A stretch of 64,000 bases of DNA, from assembly GCA_963832135.1 (NCBI GenBank), contig CAWHTD010000009.1, positions 2,012,166 to 2,076,165 of the forward strand. The letters are read 5' to 3'. The position numbers and the translations under genes are program-made. Origin of the DNA: Vicinamibacteria bacterium. GTDB taxonomy: Bacteria; Acidobacteriota; Vicinamibacteria; Vicinamibacterales; JAENWD01. This document shows, piece after piece, positions 51,689 to 63,354 of this stretch (position 1 is its first letter; each line of letters begins with the position of its first letter). The notes beneath the pieces are model-generated. The model saw only the letters and a program-made list of their open reading frames with translations, was not told the origin of the DNA and did not search any database.

Positions 51689-54069
51689 GGCCTCTCTGCG
51701 CCCTCTCCGCCGGCGGGCTGCCTGACCAGCGTGATCATTTTGCTGGCGTAGTTGCCCTGCAGGGGCACCACGAGGCCGCTCGACATCAGGCTGCGGCCGG
51801 ACATGGTGCGCTCTTCGATATTGGTGCCAACTCCGGAGGTCGCCTCTGGACCGCTCTCGGAATCGGCGTGCCGTGGAGCTGCGCCTTCGACATCGTTGCC
51901 GAGCCGATAGGTCGCGTTCGGGTCGAGCCCCTGGAGGACGAGGACGGGGTTGTCCGGTGACTTCGGATAGACGTTCTCGGTCGGCTGATGGACAAAGACG
52001 ACGCTTTCATTCCGGTCACGCGTCACGAACTGAACGGCCGTCCTTCCTCCCATCGGACTCGCCAGGCGGTACTGATCTCCGAACTGGATGACATGCCTGA
52101 GGGCCTTGTAGAGCCCGATCATCTCCTTGGCGAGCGCGATGTCTTTCTCTGTCCAGCGATGGAGGTCGTTCCCGATGCCCAGGTTGCCCGCCATCGCGAC
52201 ATGGAAGCGGAACTTCAGCGGCGCCTGATTGCCGTGCCACTGGTTGTCTGTCACCCAATTGACCATGGTCTTGGCAGGAAAGGCGAAGGACGCACCATAC
52301 TGGATGAGAAGGCGGTCGGTGGCGTCCGTGTTGTCGCTCGTCCAGAACTGGTCGGTGAGCTGCAGGATGCCCAGGTCGACCCTGCCGCCGCCGCTCGAAC
52401 AGCTCTCGAAGACGACATCCGGGTGGCGTTCTCGCAGCCGACGCAGGATGTCATACAGGTTGTTCACGTAGCGAATACGTAGCTCTCGCTGCCGCTCGGG
52501 CGGGACGCCGGGCCAGCCGGCTTCCGAGACGGACCGGTTCATGTCCCATTTGACAAACGAGATGTCGTTCTCCGACAGCAGGCGGTCCAGCCAGTTGAGC
52601 GTGTACTGCTTGACATCCTCGCGTGCGAGGTTGAGCACGAGTTGATTGCGTCCTTCGTGGGGCGTGCGATTCGGTGTATGGAGCACCCAGTCCGGATGCG
52701 CCCGAAACAGGTCGCTGTTTCGGTTCACCATCTCCGGCTCCACCCAGATGCCGAAGTCCATCCCCATCGCTTGGATGCGCTGGATCAGCGACTTGAGGCC
52801 GGTCGGGAATTTCTTGGGGTCCACGGTCCAGTCGCCCAGCCCGGCGCGGTCGTCGACTCGCCCCTTGAACCAGCCGTCGTCAATGACAAAGAGCTCGACC
52901 CCGATCCGCTTCGCGATCTCGGCGAGGGAGACCTGGTCGGCCTCGTTGACATCGAACTCAGTCGCATACCAGCTGTTGTAAAGAACCTTGCTCGCCTGCC
53001 GCGCAGCCCGCTGCGGCAGGACGTGGTCGAGCGTGTAGCGGTGCATGCGCCGGCTGGCGCCGTTGGTTCCGTCAATAGCCACCCCGAAAATAATCTTTGG
53101 CGTCTTGAAGGAGGCGCCGGGAAGGAGTTGCCAGGCGGTGTCCCAGAAGTTGATGCCTCCCGTGATCTGCGTCCGCTCGAGTCGGTTCACTTCAGCATCG
53201 ATCTGCCAGTTGCCGCTCCAGGCCACCTCGGCGAACCAGACCGTCCCGTCGTCTTCGGACGTCTCCTCGCGAGGCCGTATGAGCACAACCGGCGGGTGCT
53301 GCTGACTCTTCATGGTCCGTACGAAGATCGACTTGAGCCCCGAGGTGAGCTGCGCGCGCCGCGGCAGGAATTCCCGTCCCCAGTCCCCGCTCAGGTGAAT
53401 CAAATCGTATGCACCGGGAGGAAGCAGCGCCGACCCGGAGTAGGCGCGTTCCACGGTGATCGCTTCCGCGCCGGTGTTCGTCAGGACGAGCCACTTCTCG
53501 AGGAGATCGAGCTCCGGCAGGACGCGGATGTACTCGGAGACGGCGAAGGGGTAGTGGCTGTCCTTCAAATCGAACCGGATGAAGGGATAGCCGTCAATCA
53601 TGCCCGTCTCGTACGCGGCGTATTGCAGCTCGAGCTCGCGGGTGTGGTCAGGGAAGACGATCTCGAGCGCCGGAGTCATCTCGACGAAGCCGCCGCGGTA
53701 GGGCACCTCGCGCAGCAGCGTTCCCTGCGCGACTGGAACGTTCCAGTCGGATGCGTGCAGAAGCTTGGGGTCCGCGTGTGCCCCGAAGTGCCCTGGCGCC
53801 AGCTCCCGGTCTCGGGTCAGCACAACCTGATACGTGGCATGCTCCGTCTGGAGGGTCCACCGCGTCGGGTTCTCGTGCATCTGGACCACCTGGCCGGCTG
53901 CGGCCCGGGCCAGCAGCAGGATCGCCCCGCAGGCAGTGATCAACCGAACGGCCGTACCACGAGAAGAGCCAATCTTTTCACGTCCGACCACTGCGATCAT
54001 CGCGATCCCTCTCAGGCTGGACTCGAGCGAGCCCCGGTAAGTAGCGACGCTGAAATTAAACGAGGTCAC
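51685..54069 (-). CDS. Alpha-galactosidase, glycoside hydrolase family 36
   Basis: 794-aa ORF: YNSWYATEFDVNE, FVIDDGWF, FGIWVEPEMV, FVKWDMNR and ESCSSGGGR are GH36 hallmarks. The start overlaps the galK stop (GTGA). Confidence 0.85.
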   Translation of the reverse strand: MTSFNFSVATYRGSLESSLRGIAMIAVVGREKIGSSRGTAVRLITACGAILLLARAAAGQVVQMHENPTRWTLQTEHATYQVVLTRDRELAPGHFGAHADPKLLHASDWNVPVAQGTLLREVPYRGGFVEMTPALEIVFPDHTRELELQYAAYETGMIDGYPFIRFDLKDSHYPFAVSEYIRVLPELDLLEKWLVLTNTGAEAITVERAYSGSALLPPGAYDLIHLSGDWGREFLPRRAQLTSGLKSIFVRTMKSQQHPPVVLIRPREETSEDDGTVWFAEVAWSGNWQIDAEVNRLERTQITGGINFWDTAWQLLPGASFKTPKIIFGVAIDGTNGASRRMHRYTLDHVLPQRAARQASKVLYNSWYATEFDVNEADQVSLAEIAKRIGVELFVIDDGWFKGRVDDRAGLGDWTVDPKKFPTGLKSLIQRIQAMGMDFGIWVEPEMVNRNSDLFRAHPDWVLHTPNRTPHEGRNQLVLNLAREDVKQYTLNWLDRLLSENDISFVKWDMNRSVSEAGWPGVPPERQRELRIRYVNNLYDILRRLRERHPDVVFESCSSGGGRVDLGILQLTDQFWTSDNTDATDRLLIQYGASFAFPAKTMVNWVTDNQWHGNQAPLKFRFHVAMAGNLGIGNDLHRWTEKDIALAKEMIGLYKALRHVIQFGDQYRLASPMGGRTAVQFVTRDRNESVVFVHQPTENVYPKSPDNPVLVLQGLDPNATYRLGNDVEGAAPRHADSESGPEATSGVGTNIEERTMSGRSLMSSGLVVPLQGNYASKMITLVRQPAGGEGAERP

Positions 54070-55199
54070 ATGTGGCGCACGACGCCGCCGGATGGCGCGA
54101 CGCAGTACGTCGCCGGCGGCGCGAAGCCGGTGCGATCAAGGCTGGCGGTCACCGTGCGGGCGACGTCGGGCCCTGCCCCCGCATCGATCAGCGCGAGAAC
54201 ACAGCCGCCGAAGCCGCCGCCGGTCATCCGGGCACCATACGCGCCGGCCGACAGCGCGGCCTCGACCGCCGTGTCGAGCGGCGGCACCGTCACCTCGAAG
54301 TCGTCCCGCAGCGAAGCATGCGACGCGGTGAGCAGGGGGCCAATGTCCCGGAGCCGGCCGGCCTGAAGCAAGGCGACGGTGTCGAGCACCCGCTGATTCT
54401 CGGTGACCACGTGCCGCAGCCGCCGGCGAACGACGTCGGTCTCGACTCGCGCCTGCGCCGCATCGAGGTCATGAAAACTCACGTCCCGAAGAGCTTTCAC
54501 GCCCAGGATGCTGGCCGCAAATTCACAGTCCGCTCGCCGGGATGCGTATTCGCCAGTCACGAGCCGGTGCGGCGCCCGGGTGTCAATCAGGAGAATGGCG
54601 AGGCCGGCGGCGTGCAGATCGAACGGCACGTGGTGACAGGTGAGAGTGCGGCAGTCCAGAAACAGCGCGTGGCCGTTCCGGCAGAACGTGGCGGCGGACT
54701 GGTCCATGATGCCGCACGGCATCCCGACATAAGCGTTCTCGGCGCGCTGCGCTATCCGGGGCCACTCGTCGAGCGGGACGACGTCGCCCGCCAACGCCCC
54801 CAGCGTAGCGCACTCGAGCGCCGCCGAAGACGACAAGCCTGCGCCGAGCGGCGCGTCGCTGGCCACGGTCAACGCTGCAGGGTCGAGTCCGTAACCCGCC
54901 GAGCGCAGCGCCCAGACAACCCCTGCAACGTAACTCGCCCAGCCTCCGATCCGCCCAGGTGCCAGATCGCGCGGTCCGAACGACACCACGTCGTCAGTTG
55001 CCTCGGACCACACGGTCCACTCAGGACCCTCGGCGGGCCGCACTGCGACGGCCGTGCGCTGCGGCAGCGCGAAGGGGAGCACGTATCCTTCGTTATAGTC
55101 GGTGTGCTCGCCGATCAGGTTCACGCGCCCTGGCGCGCTCCAGACCGTGAGCGCACCTGGCCCTAATGCTTGCGACGCTCGGGCCGCCGGATCCTGCAT
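54066..55199 (-). CDS. galK: Galactokinase
   Basis: GRVNLIGEHTDYNEGYVLPFAL and the GHMP-kinase motif PLGAGLSSSAA. The start is chosen at the internal Met (MQDPAARAS...). Confidence 0.85.
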   Translation of the reverse strand: MQDPAARASQALGPGALTVWSAPGRVNLIGEHTDYNEGYVLPFALPQRTAVAVRPAEGPEWTVWSEATDDVVSFGPRDLAPGRIGGWASYVAGVVWALRSAGYGLDPAALTVASDAPLGAGLSSSAALECATLGALAGDVVPLDEWPRIAQRAENAYVGMPCGIMDQSAATFCRNGHALFLDCRTLTCHHVPFDLHAAGLAILLIDTRAPHRLVTGEYASRRADCEFAASILGVKALRDVSFHDLDAAQARVETDVVRRRLRHVVTENQRVLDTVALLQAGRLRDIGPLLTASHASLRDDFEVTVPPLDTAVEAALSAGAYGARMTGGGFGGCVLALIDAGAGPDVARTVTASLDRTGFAPPATYCVAPSGGVVRHM

Positions 55200-55216
55200 G
55201 AGTGGACCTGAACCTC

Positions 55217-55500
55217 TCACGACCACGAACGTCTCAGCAGCTCCGCCGCTTCCTCAGGACGGATGTCGTTGACGAACACGCCCATCGCCGACTCCGATCC
55301 GGCCAGATACTTCAGCTTCCTGGCTGCGCGCCGGATGGTGAACAGCTGCAGGTGCAGGTGGCCGAGGTCCCGATCGACTCGCACGGGCGCCTGGTGCCAG
55401 GCGGCGATATACGGCATCGGCACCCCAAACAGTCCGTTCCAGTCGGCGCAGCACGTCCATGTAGAGCGGTCCAAACGCATCGCGTTCCGCGTCGGTGAGC
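55217..55500 (-). pseudogene. galT: Galactose-1-phosphate uridylyltransferase, C-terminal remnant only (also frameshifted)
   Basis: LTDAERDAFGPLYMDVLRRL | DGLFGVPMPYIAAWHQAPV...LHLQLFTIRRAARKLKYLAGSESAMGVFVNDIRPEEAAELLR. Nothing corresponding to the N-terminal ~2/3, including the active-site His region, is present before the GH2 stop at 55,510. Confidence 0.6.
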
Positions 55501-55509
55501 GTGGTGAGG

Positions 55510-58388
55510 TCAAAGACCCGGCGGTGCGCCCATCGGCTCGGCCAGCGCGCGGACCTGGTCGGGCCGCAACTCGATCGTCGGGTTGAATCGATCGCTCTGC
55601 AGGTACGTCAGCAGGCTGGACAGCAGTTGCCGGGCGACGGAGTTCCCCGCCATCGCGGTGTTCAGGTCGATGCTGCTCACCAGAAGCCGGCCTCCGCCGA
55701 CACGAGCCTCGAAAACGAGCCCCAGGCGCCGGCTCGTGACCCAGTCGTCGATGGGCTGGACGATCGGCCGCAAGTCCGGCGGCATGTCATCCAGAATCAT
55801 GGCGCCGGCGCGCGTCAGCAGGAACCACCACTGCCAGTTGCTGTGAGCCTCGGTCGGGAAGTTCGCGAGCGCCGGGTGCTTCGGATCGCAGAGAATGCCC
55901 AGCGTGTGCGGCGCCTGACGGTGCGTCCATGCCGTGTTCCAGAAAATGCTGGAGAATCCGAGGGCGACCTTCCCATGCTTGTCGCCTCGCACGCGAGCTG
56001 GTGGGATCAGGAGCAGGTACTCGTCCGCCTCGCTTCAGTGTGGCGAGGGCGGCCTCGTCGAGGCTGTTCACGATTGTCACTGCCGGCGGCACTTGAGTGT
56101 CGACGCGCCGCGGGTAGACCCAGACATCCCAGTCGTTCTCGAACGGTGTGCCGGCCAGGGTGACCACGAGGTTGTAGCGCCGCGGCACGCGCAATTTGCG
56201 AAGATCCACGCGAACGCGGCCGAGCGCGATCCCGTTACCCAGCGCAATGGTACGGGGCGGGAGCTTGCCGCCGGCCACGACTGCGCCGTCATCTGCCACG
56301 AGTTTCCATTCGGCCACGGCGTTCTCGAGCGGCTTCGGACCGAAATGCGCGACTTCGATGTCGGTCTCGAGTACGTCTTCAGTCGTGAAGACTCTTCGGT
56401 CGAGCCGTGCCAAGGGCACCGTCGCGTTGCAGAAGCGGCGGTACTCGTCCGCCGTGACGTAACCTTTCGCTTCCCAGAAGGGGTCGAGCACGCCGACCAG
56501 TGCGGTCCCCTGGCCGGGGAAATCGTGAAGATCGAGCAGCTGGAATCCTCCCATTCCTGGCGTGCGTAGCGCCGATTCGATGTCCTCCTTGTAGGCGAGC
56601 ACCTGCAGCTTGCCCGACGCGTGCAGGAAGGCGCGCGCCTGGTCCGCCATGTGGCGCTCGTTAAGCCGGTCGCGGAATATCTCGAAGTTCTTCGGCTTCA
56701 GGTAGCCTGTGTACTTCGGGATTTCATCGAAGTTCGGATACACACACCACTGGCCGATCTCGTGGCTGATGACCGGGACTGACCGCTCCCCGACGTAGTC
56801 GCGATAATCGGTGCGGGTCTCGGGTGGCTTCGCATTGATCCGCGAGGCGAGGCCCGCACCCCATGCCTGGATGCGCGGATCCGGCGTGACGTGAAACTGG
56901 TTCTCCTTGATCTGGGGCCAACCAGAGGCTGCGGTGTACAGCCGGCGGGGATCGCTGGCGCGATAGCACTTGATCCATTGGGCGAGGTACTCCTCGTCTT
57001 TGCCCGCGGGCTCGTTGCCGTAGGCCATGAGCACGATCGATGGATGATTGCCGTACGCTCGGAGAATGCGGTCGGTTTCCTTGTAGATCCACGCGTCGAC
57101 AGGAAGCCCCACACCAATCCGCGTCGATTGGTTCGCCCACGACGCTGCCTCGACCTGATAGTAGAAGCCCAACTCGTCGGCTGCGATGAACGCCGCCTTC
57201 GGCGGACACCACGAGTGGAAGCGAATCATGTTCAGGCCGTGGGACTTGGCGATGCGGATGATGCGCTTCCAGGAATCGACATCGGTGGGCGGATGGCCGG
57301 TCCGCGGGAAGATGGCCGATTCCAGGGTTCCGCGAAAGAACGTCTTTCGGCCGTTGACGACGAACTGGGTCCCTTCGATACCGATCTCACGCAAACCGAA
57401 GATCATTGCGGCATCGTCGCCGTCGCTCAGGGTCGCGGTCAGGCGGTAGAGCGCAGGATCGAACTCGTCCCAGAGTCGTGCACCGTCGCCGAGCGGATAT
57501 TCGGCTTCGAAGACGCCGCCACCGGCCTCCCATTGCGTGTCGACCTCCAGCGGCGGCACCGGACCGGGCCGATCTGTGTTGAACGATTCGGCCACCAGCC
57601 GCACTTTGCCCCGACCTGCCGCTCCTGTCGCATTGCCTATCCGGCCACGCACACGCGCCGACTTTCGAGCGACGTCTGGAAACACCTGCAGATCGTCGAT
57701 CCAGACCGGCGCCGTTGCTGCGAGCTCGATTCGGCCGACGATGCCGTTCCAGTTGCCCTGAGTGTGATCGCTGATGCTGTGGGAATTGATGCCAACATCG
57801 ACGATGACGCGATTGTCGACACGGATCGTCAACTGGTGCTTGCCCGGTGCGAGCGCGGGGCCCAGATCGTACACGTGAGGTGTCGAGAGGCTGTCGTTGG
57901 AACCGATGATCCGCTTGTCGATCCACACGAGCGTCTGCCAGTGCGGACGCTCGAGTGTCAACACGACGCGCCTCCCCTGCCAGCCGGCCGGGACCTCGAA
58001 GTCGCGCTGATACCAGGCGGCACCGACGAAATGCTTGTCGGGTTGCAGCCAGAATGGAACCTTGATGTTCCCTGGTTGGCGGTACTTCTCGTATTCGGGT
58101 GCAGTGAAATAGGAGCGATCGACGATCTGCCCGGTCCACTTCGTGTCGAGCATGACATCCTCACCAAAGCCCTGTGCCTGTAATACCCCAGGCAGTTCGA
58201 CCTGCTGCGAGAGCTGACGCGTCGACCAGTCATCGGGAAGTCCTCTGTCGTCGCGGTCCAGTTCGAAGCGCCACGCGCCGGCGAGCGACCTGGCATCGTC
58301 GGTCTTCTGTGTGTGTCCTGCCGCGCTCAGTACCGAGGAGTACGAGGCTGACGAAGTAGGCGACAGTCGCGAGACTACGGGAGGTCAT
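55510..58388 (-). pseudogene. Glycoside hydrolase family 2 (beta-galactosidase-like) with a signal peptide; at least two apparent frameshifts (~58,320 and ~55,990)
   Basis: Signal MTSRSLATVAYFVSLVLLG (ATG 58,388), then by frame change ...AGAWRFELDRDD...MLDTKWTGQIV... (ORF 55787..58153: sugar-binding, Ig-like and TIM-barrel text such as NMIRFHSW, MAYGNEPAG, HEIGQW). The C-terminal 160 aa lie in ORF 55510..55992. Confidence 0.7.
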
Positions 58389-58424
58389 GGTCAGGTCGGC
58401 TGATGAAAGACAAGCACGGACAGA

Positions 58425-59858
58425 TCACCGTGCTCGATCTTCTGTTGTCCACGTGCGTTCGATTTCTTCAAGTGTTTTGCCCTTGGTCTCGGGCAGTCGC
58501 GAATAGATGAAAACGAAACCAGCCACGCAGACGCCGGCGTAAATCCAGAAGGTGCCGGCCGCTCCGAACCGTCGGTTCAGCTCCGGGAAGGTGATGGTGA
58601 GGATGAATGATGCGATCCACAGCGCTGCGACCGCGACCGACACCGCTGTACCGCGGATGCGATTGGGGAAGATCTCTGAAATGACGACCCAGGTCACGGG
58701 AGCGAGGGACATGGCGTAACAGGCGATGGCGGCCACGACCAGCGCGACGGTGTAGATACCTTGACTGTGGCTGTAATACGCGGCGCCGAGCAGAACGTAA
58801 ATGACCGTCAGCCCCGCTGAGCCGGTGAGCATGAGAATGCGTCGACCGAACCGGTCGACGGCTGCCAACGCCACGAACGTAAAGGCCAGGTTCACGGTGC
58901 CGGTCACGACGATGTTGAAGAGCATGTCGGAAAGCGTGAAGCCGGCAGCAGAGAAGACTTCCTCGGCGTAGTTGAAGATCACGTTGATGCCGCACCACTG
59001 CTGAAACACTGCGAGCACGACACCGAGCACGAGCGGCTTCGTGACGTCTCCTGAAAACAACTCTTTCAGAGGCGTTTTGTGTTCGCCACGGAGCGTGGCT
59101 TCGATCTCCCGCATCGCCTCATCCGCGTAGGCGCTACCGCCGATCCGGTCGAGGATGCGGCGTGCCTTCGCGTGCTGCCCGCACTTGGCCAGCCAGCGCG
59201 GGCTTTCAGGCACCAGCAGCATGCCCACGAAGAACAACGATGCCGGTGCCGCGGTGACGGCGAACATCCAACGCCATCCGACCTGTCCGTTCCAGGACTG
59301 GTAGATCTGGGCAGGGCTCGCGTCCGGCGGAACCGGTTCTGCGATCAGCCAGTTGACGATTTGCGCGAGAAGAATGCCGATGACGATGGTGAGCTGATTG
59401 ATGGACACCAGGCGCCCGCGGAATTCGGCGGGCGCGACCTCGGCGATGTACAGCGGCGAGAGCGCGGAGGCGAGCCCGATCGCGACACCACCCATGATCC
59501 GCCATGCCACGAATGTGGAGAATGTGTTTGCCGCGCCGGTGCCTATCGATGAAATTGCAAAGAGCAGCGCCGAGGCAATCAGCAGGCGTTTGCGGCCGTA
59601 GCGGTCGCTCAGATCGCCGGCGAGCAAGGCGCCAAAGAGACAGCCGACCAGAGCACAACTCATCGCCCATCCCTGCTGGGTGGAATCGGACAGATGGAAG
59701 AACTCTTCGTAAAACGGCTTGGCACCTCCGATCACCACCCAGTCGTATCCGAACAGGAGGCCGCCGAGGGCGGCAACGAGCGAAATGGCCCAGATGTACG
59801 TCTTGTGGAAGGACGACCGCGCGATCGCTGCGGTCCGGTTCGGAGTTGACGGGGACAT
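58425..59858 (-). CDS. MFS sugar porter (sugar:H+ symporter family)
   Basis: LFGYDWVVIGGA, GRKRLL, PESPRWL and PETKG motifs; about 12 hydrophobic segments. Confidence 0.85.
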   Translation of the reverse strand: MSPSTPNRTAAIARSSFHKTYIWAISLVAALGGLLFGYDWVVIGGAKPFYEEFFHLSDSTQQGWAMSCALVGCLFGALLAGDLSDRYGRKRLLIASALLFAISSIGTGAANTFSTFVAWRIMGGVAIGLASALSPLYIAEVAPAEFRGRLVSINQLTIVIGILLAQIVNWLIAEPVPPDASPAQIYQSWNGQVGWRWMFAVTAAPASLFFVGMLLVPESPRWLAKCGQHAKARRILDRIGGSAYADEAMREIEATLRGEHKTPLKELFSGDVTKPLVLGVVLAVFQQWCGINVIFNYAEEVFSAAGFTLSDMLFNIVVTGTVNLAFTFVALAAVDRFGRRILMLTGSAGLTVIYVLLGAAYYSHSQGIYTVALVVAAIACYAMSLAPVTWVVISEIFPNRIRGTAVSVAVAALWIASFILTITFPELNRRFGAAGTFWIYAGVCVAGFVFIYSRLPETKGKTLEEIERTWTTEDRAR

Positions 59859-59875
59859 GTTGAGCTCTGCGGACC

Positions 59876-62800
59876 TCACGAGGAGACTGCCTTGCTCGTA
59901 AGAGTGCGCAGATGCAGCCTGGCAGGTTGGTGACTCGGATCCAGCCGGAGCACCAGGCGAAACGTTCGCAGACTCTCTGCCTGCCTGCCCAGTCCCCAGT
60001 AGCCCAACGCCATCAGGTAGCGGCAGTCGATCTCGTTACGGCGCGTCAGATCGTCGTCGAAGACGACGAATTCTGGCAGCGAGACGGCGAAATAATCGAT
60101 GCCGATCGGCTTCTTCAGCTGCTCTTTGCCGAATCGAACCAGCGATTGAAACCGCTCCCTGGCAGCCGGCCGCCGACCCAGGCGAGCCAGCGCCAGTCCC
60201 TGATAGAAGATCGTTTCCGGGTTCGGGTCGTTGTAGTACATCGCCACCGCCGGCGCCCGCATGCCAACGGAGGCGATCTTCCAGCACGTCTCGGCAGCAT
60301 CGCGACGATCCTGCCGTGCGTGCGCGGTGCCCATCCAATAGAGGATGTGGTTCTCCTGCGCGCCGTACAGTTTTCCTTCACCCAGATTGGCCGGATACGC
60401 GCGAGCGCGTCCCAACAGTTCGAGGGCGTGCTCGGGATCGCTTGCTTTCAGCCTTTTCTTGGCGAGCTCTACCAGGCTGACCACATACTGTCCGGTTACC
60501 TTGCCCTCGCCGCCTTCCCAGGGATGAAATCTGTGACTGGCCAGAATCTGCAGCGCTTCCTCGTGCGCCCCGAACGAGTTCAGAAGGGTCACGAACTCGA
60601 CGAGCAGGTCATCGCGCTCGTTGACCTGCTCGCGGTGGGCGCGCAGCAGTGCAAGGCGCCTGGCTGGCGCGACGCCTACCCGCTTCCGCAGAAGATCCAG
60701 CTCGAAAAGAACGCGCGCATCCGTCCGGTCGAGCGCAAAGGCCCGTTCGAGCGAACGAAGGGCTTTCGCCGGTTCGCGTCGCTTGTTGAAATACGCGAGC
60801 GCCAGATTGCGGTGCACGGTGGGGAACCGGCTGCCGGCCTTTCGTGATCGTTCCCAGCAGGCGATCGCCTCCTTCACCTGACGTTTGTCGTACCAGAGAT
60901 TGCCGAGATAGTAGGCGGCGCGGGCGTCGCCGGGATTCAGCTTCAGAGCCGTCTCGAGTGCGAGCACGCTATCGAGGCTGTTCGGGAAACAGCAATTGGT
61001 GTCCTGGCGTGAACCCAATGTGAAAAACCGTTGAGCCTCGCTCTCGTCGGCCTGGAGCGAGGCGTAGTAGCCGCACATGTAGAAGAGCATCGGACGTGAA
61101 TTGGGCAGGCCAGCGGCCCCGGCGTGGCCGGGAACGCGTGGCGCGGCGGCGGTGTCGGACATGACGCGATTCAGCAGCTCGATCGCGTCACCGTAGGCTC
61201 CTGCACGCGCGTAGTCCGCCGCAATCTCCAGGTGCGTGTGCGGCTCGCGTCGCATCAGATGCAGCAGCTCCGCCTGCTCGCGTGTCACCTCTTCTGCTTG
61301 GTTCATGTTGGCGAGCAGAGCGACGCGCTCATTGTGCGCACCGAAATCCAGAGGGTCGCGCGCAATGGCTGCGTCGGCCGTCTCCATTGCTTCGACAGCC
61401 CTTCCCATTCTGCGCAGCAGAAGCGTCTTGAGGTGGACCGCTCTTTGGTTGTGGGCATTGCGGGTGAGCGCCCGGTCGACCAACTCGAGCGCTTCGGCCC
61501 ACTCGCGACGGAGCGCTCTCAGCTGCGACGCCTGGAAGAACGCCGCATCCTGCCAGGCCGCGTCCCAGGACGCTCTGAGAAACGCAGCCTGCGCTTCGTC
61601 GAGACGCCCGAGATATCGAAGGCACACGCCAAGGTTGTAGTACGGCTCGCCGTCATACGGGTTCGCGTTGTGCCGGGTCTGGCGCTCAATCGCCGCACGA
61701 AAGAACGGCTCCGCCTTCGCGAACTGGCCGCGCCGCATCAGAAGCAACCCGAGTGCATTGTTGTTGCGAACGTCGCTCGGGTCGCGGCGAAGAGCTTCGC
61801 GGTAGTAGTGTTCCGGCTCGCGCGTGCCATGACGGTACTGTTCGAGGTGGAGACCCGCCTGGTAGAGCGCGTCCGCGCTGGCCAGCTCGCGCGGTTCAGG
61901 GATCGCCGCGGCGGGCTCGGGGACACTGTCCTGCTGCGGCTCCGGTGTGTACTCGACCAGCAACTCGCCTTCGCGACTCACCAGTTCGAGGCACAGTTCC
62001 TGCATCGCCGCACGAGGGACCCGCACGTCCGCCACCAGCGGCATTTCGGGGCTGAGGTCCGCTTTCCGTTCCCACAGACATTCGTCGTCTCGACGGAGGC
62101 GTAGCACGCTGTCCGGACGTGAAGAGGTCGTATAGGCTCCAAGCCGGACACGACCGTGTTCAACCTCGAGGCTGATCGCCGCGTGCACAGAGGCGTTCAC
62201 GACCCGGCCGACGGTTTTGTACGGAAGAAAGTACTGCTTGACTTCCTTCTCTTCGAACGGGTGCAGCCACGCGAAGTCGGGCTGGTTGTCGGCGAAAACA
62301 CCGCACATCAGCTCGACGTACGGCCCATCCTCGTCCGTAAGATTGCGATCCCACGCCTGGCCGAAGTCGCCGCATCCCCATGTCCATTGCTTCTTACCGG
62401 GCACGAGGTGATGGTCGGCAACGTGCAGCACGCCCGCCTTGCGTTCGTGATCGTAGCCGCCGAGGAAGTCGTAATGTGACTCGACCGCCATGTACGACGT
62501 GGGGACCGGGATGTTCGTGTACCTGGAGATGTCAACGCCGCGGGAGTAGTCCACTTTGTAGTATTCGCCGCGAGCGATCGGGAACGCGGAGACGTCCCGT
62601 CGGCCATGGTCGTAGACCGCACGCACATCTGGCGGAAATATCGATTGGTACGAGTCGCCGGCATGCACCGCTGCGTTCGTCCATAGATGAAAGCTCTGGG
62701 GCAGCGGCGTCGGGTTGAACAGACGGACATTGATCTCGAGCAACGCCCGGTCAGGATGGAGTGTCAGGCCCAGCGTACCTTTGAGGTGCCACATCGGCTC

Positions 62801-63323
62801 GATTTCGCTGAGCCAGAGCGTCATACTCCCGTCGGAGCTCTCGGTGATCGTATAGTCCACCGGACAATACGTGCCGGGTCGATGATGTTGCGGCCAGTTG
62901 AACTCGATGCCGCCGGAAAGCCAGGGTCCCGTCAGGCCAACCAGGGCCGGCTTGATCACGCGGTTGTCGTAGATGAATGGAAAGCCGTTCGTCTTGTCGT
63001 ACCGTGTACTGGATGCGGCCGCCGAACGCCGGCATCACCATCAACTTCAGGTAGCGATTCTCCAGAAACACGACGTGGTGTGACTCGTCCGTCCTATCGT
63101 CGAAAATGCGGTCGATCACCGGATAGGGGTAGACCCGCCCAGAGCTGCCCTGGTAAACACGGTTCTCCAGGAACATCGGATTGCGACTCGGCAGCCCCAC
63201 GAGGTACGTCGGGATGACCACCTCGTCTGCCCAAATGTGCACCTTCGCTGCCTCGGCGTCAGGAGCCGGCGGGTGGCGCACAGACTGCGTGGACCGATCG
63301 CCGCGTTCGGGGGTGTGAAGCAC
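59876..63323 (-). pseudogene. DUF5107-domain protein fused to C-terminal TPR repeats (~1,150 aa), one apparent frameshift near 62,990
   Basis: ORF 62751..63323 (...IPTYLVG..NPMFLENRVYQGSSGRVYPYP...FLENRYLKLMVMPAFGGRI) continues in ORF 59876..62959 (IKPALVGLTGPWLSGGIEFNWPQHHRP...KKQWTWG...), followed by a long TPR region. Confidence 0.65.
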
Positions 63324-63354
63324 CTGCCTACCTAATCTCTTTAGCCGCGAGGCG

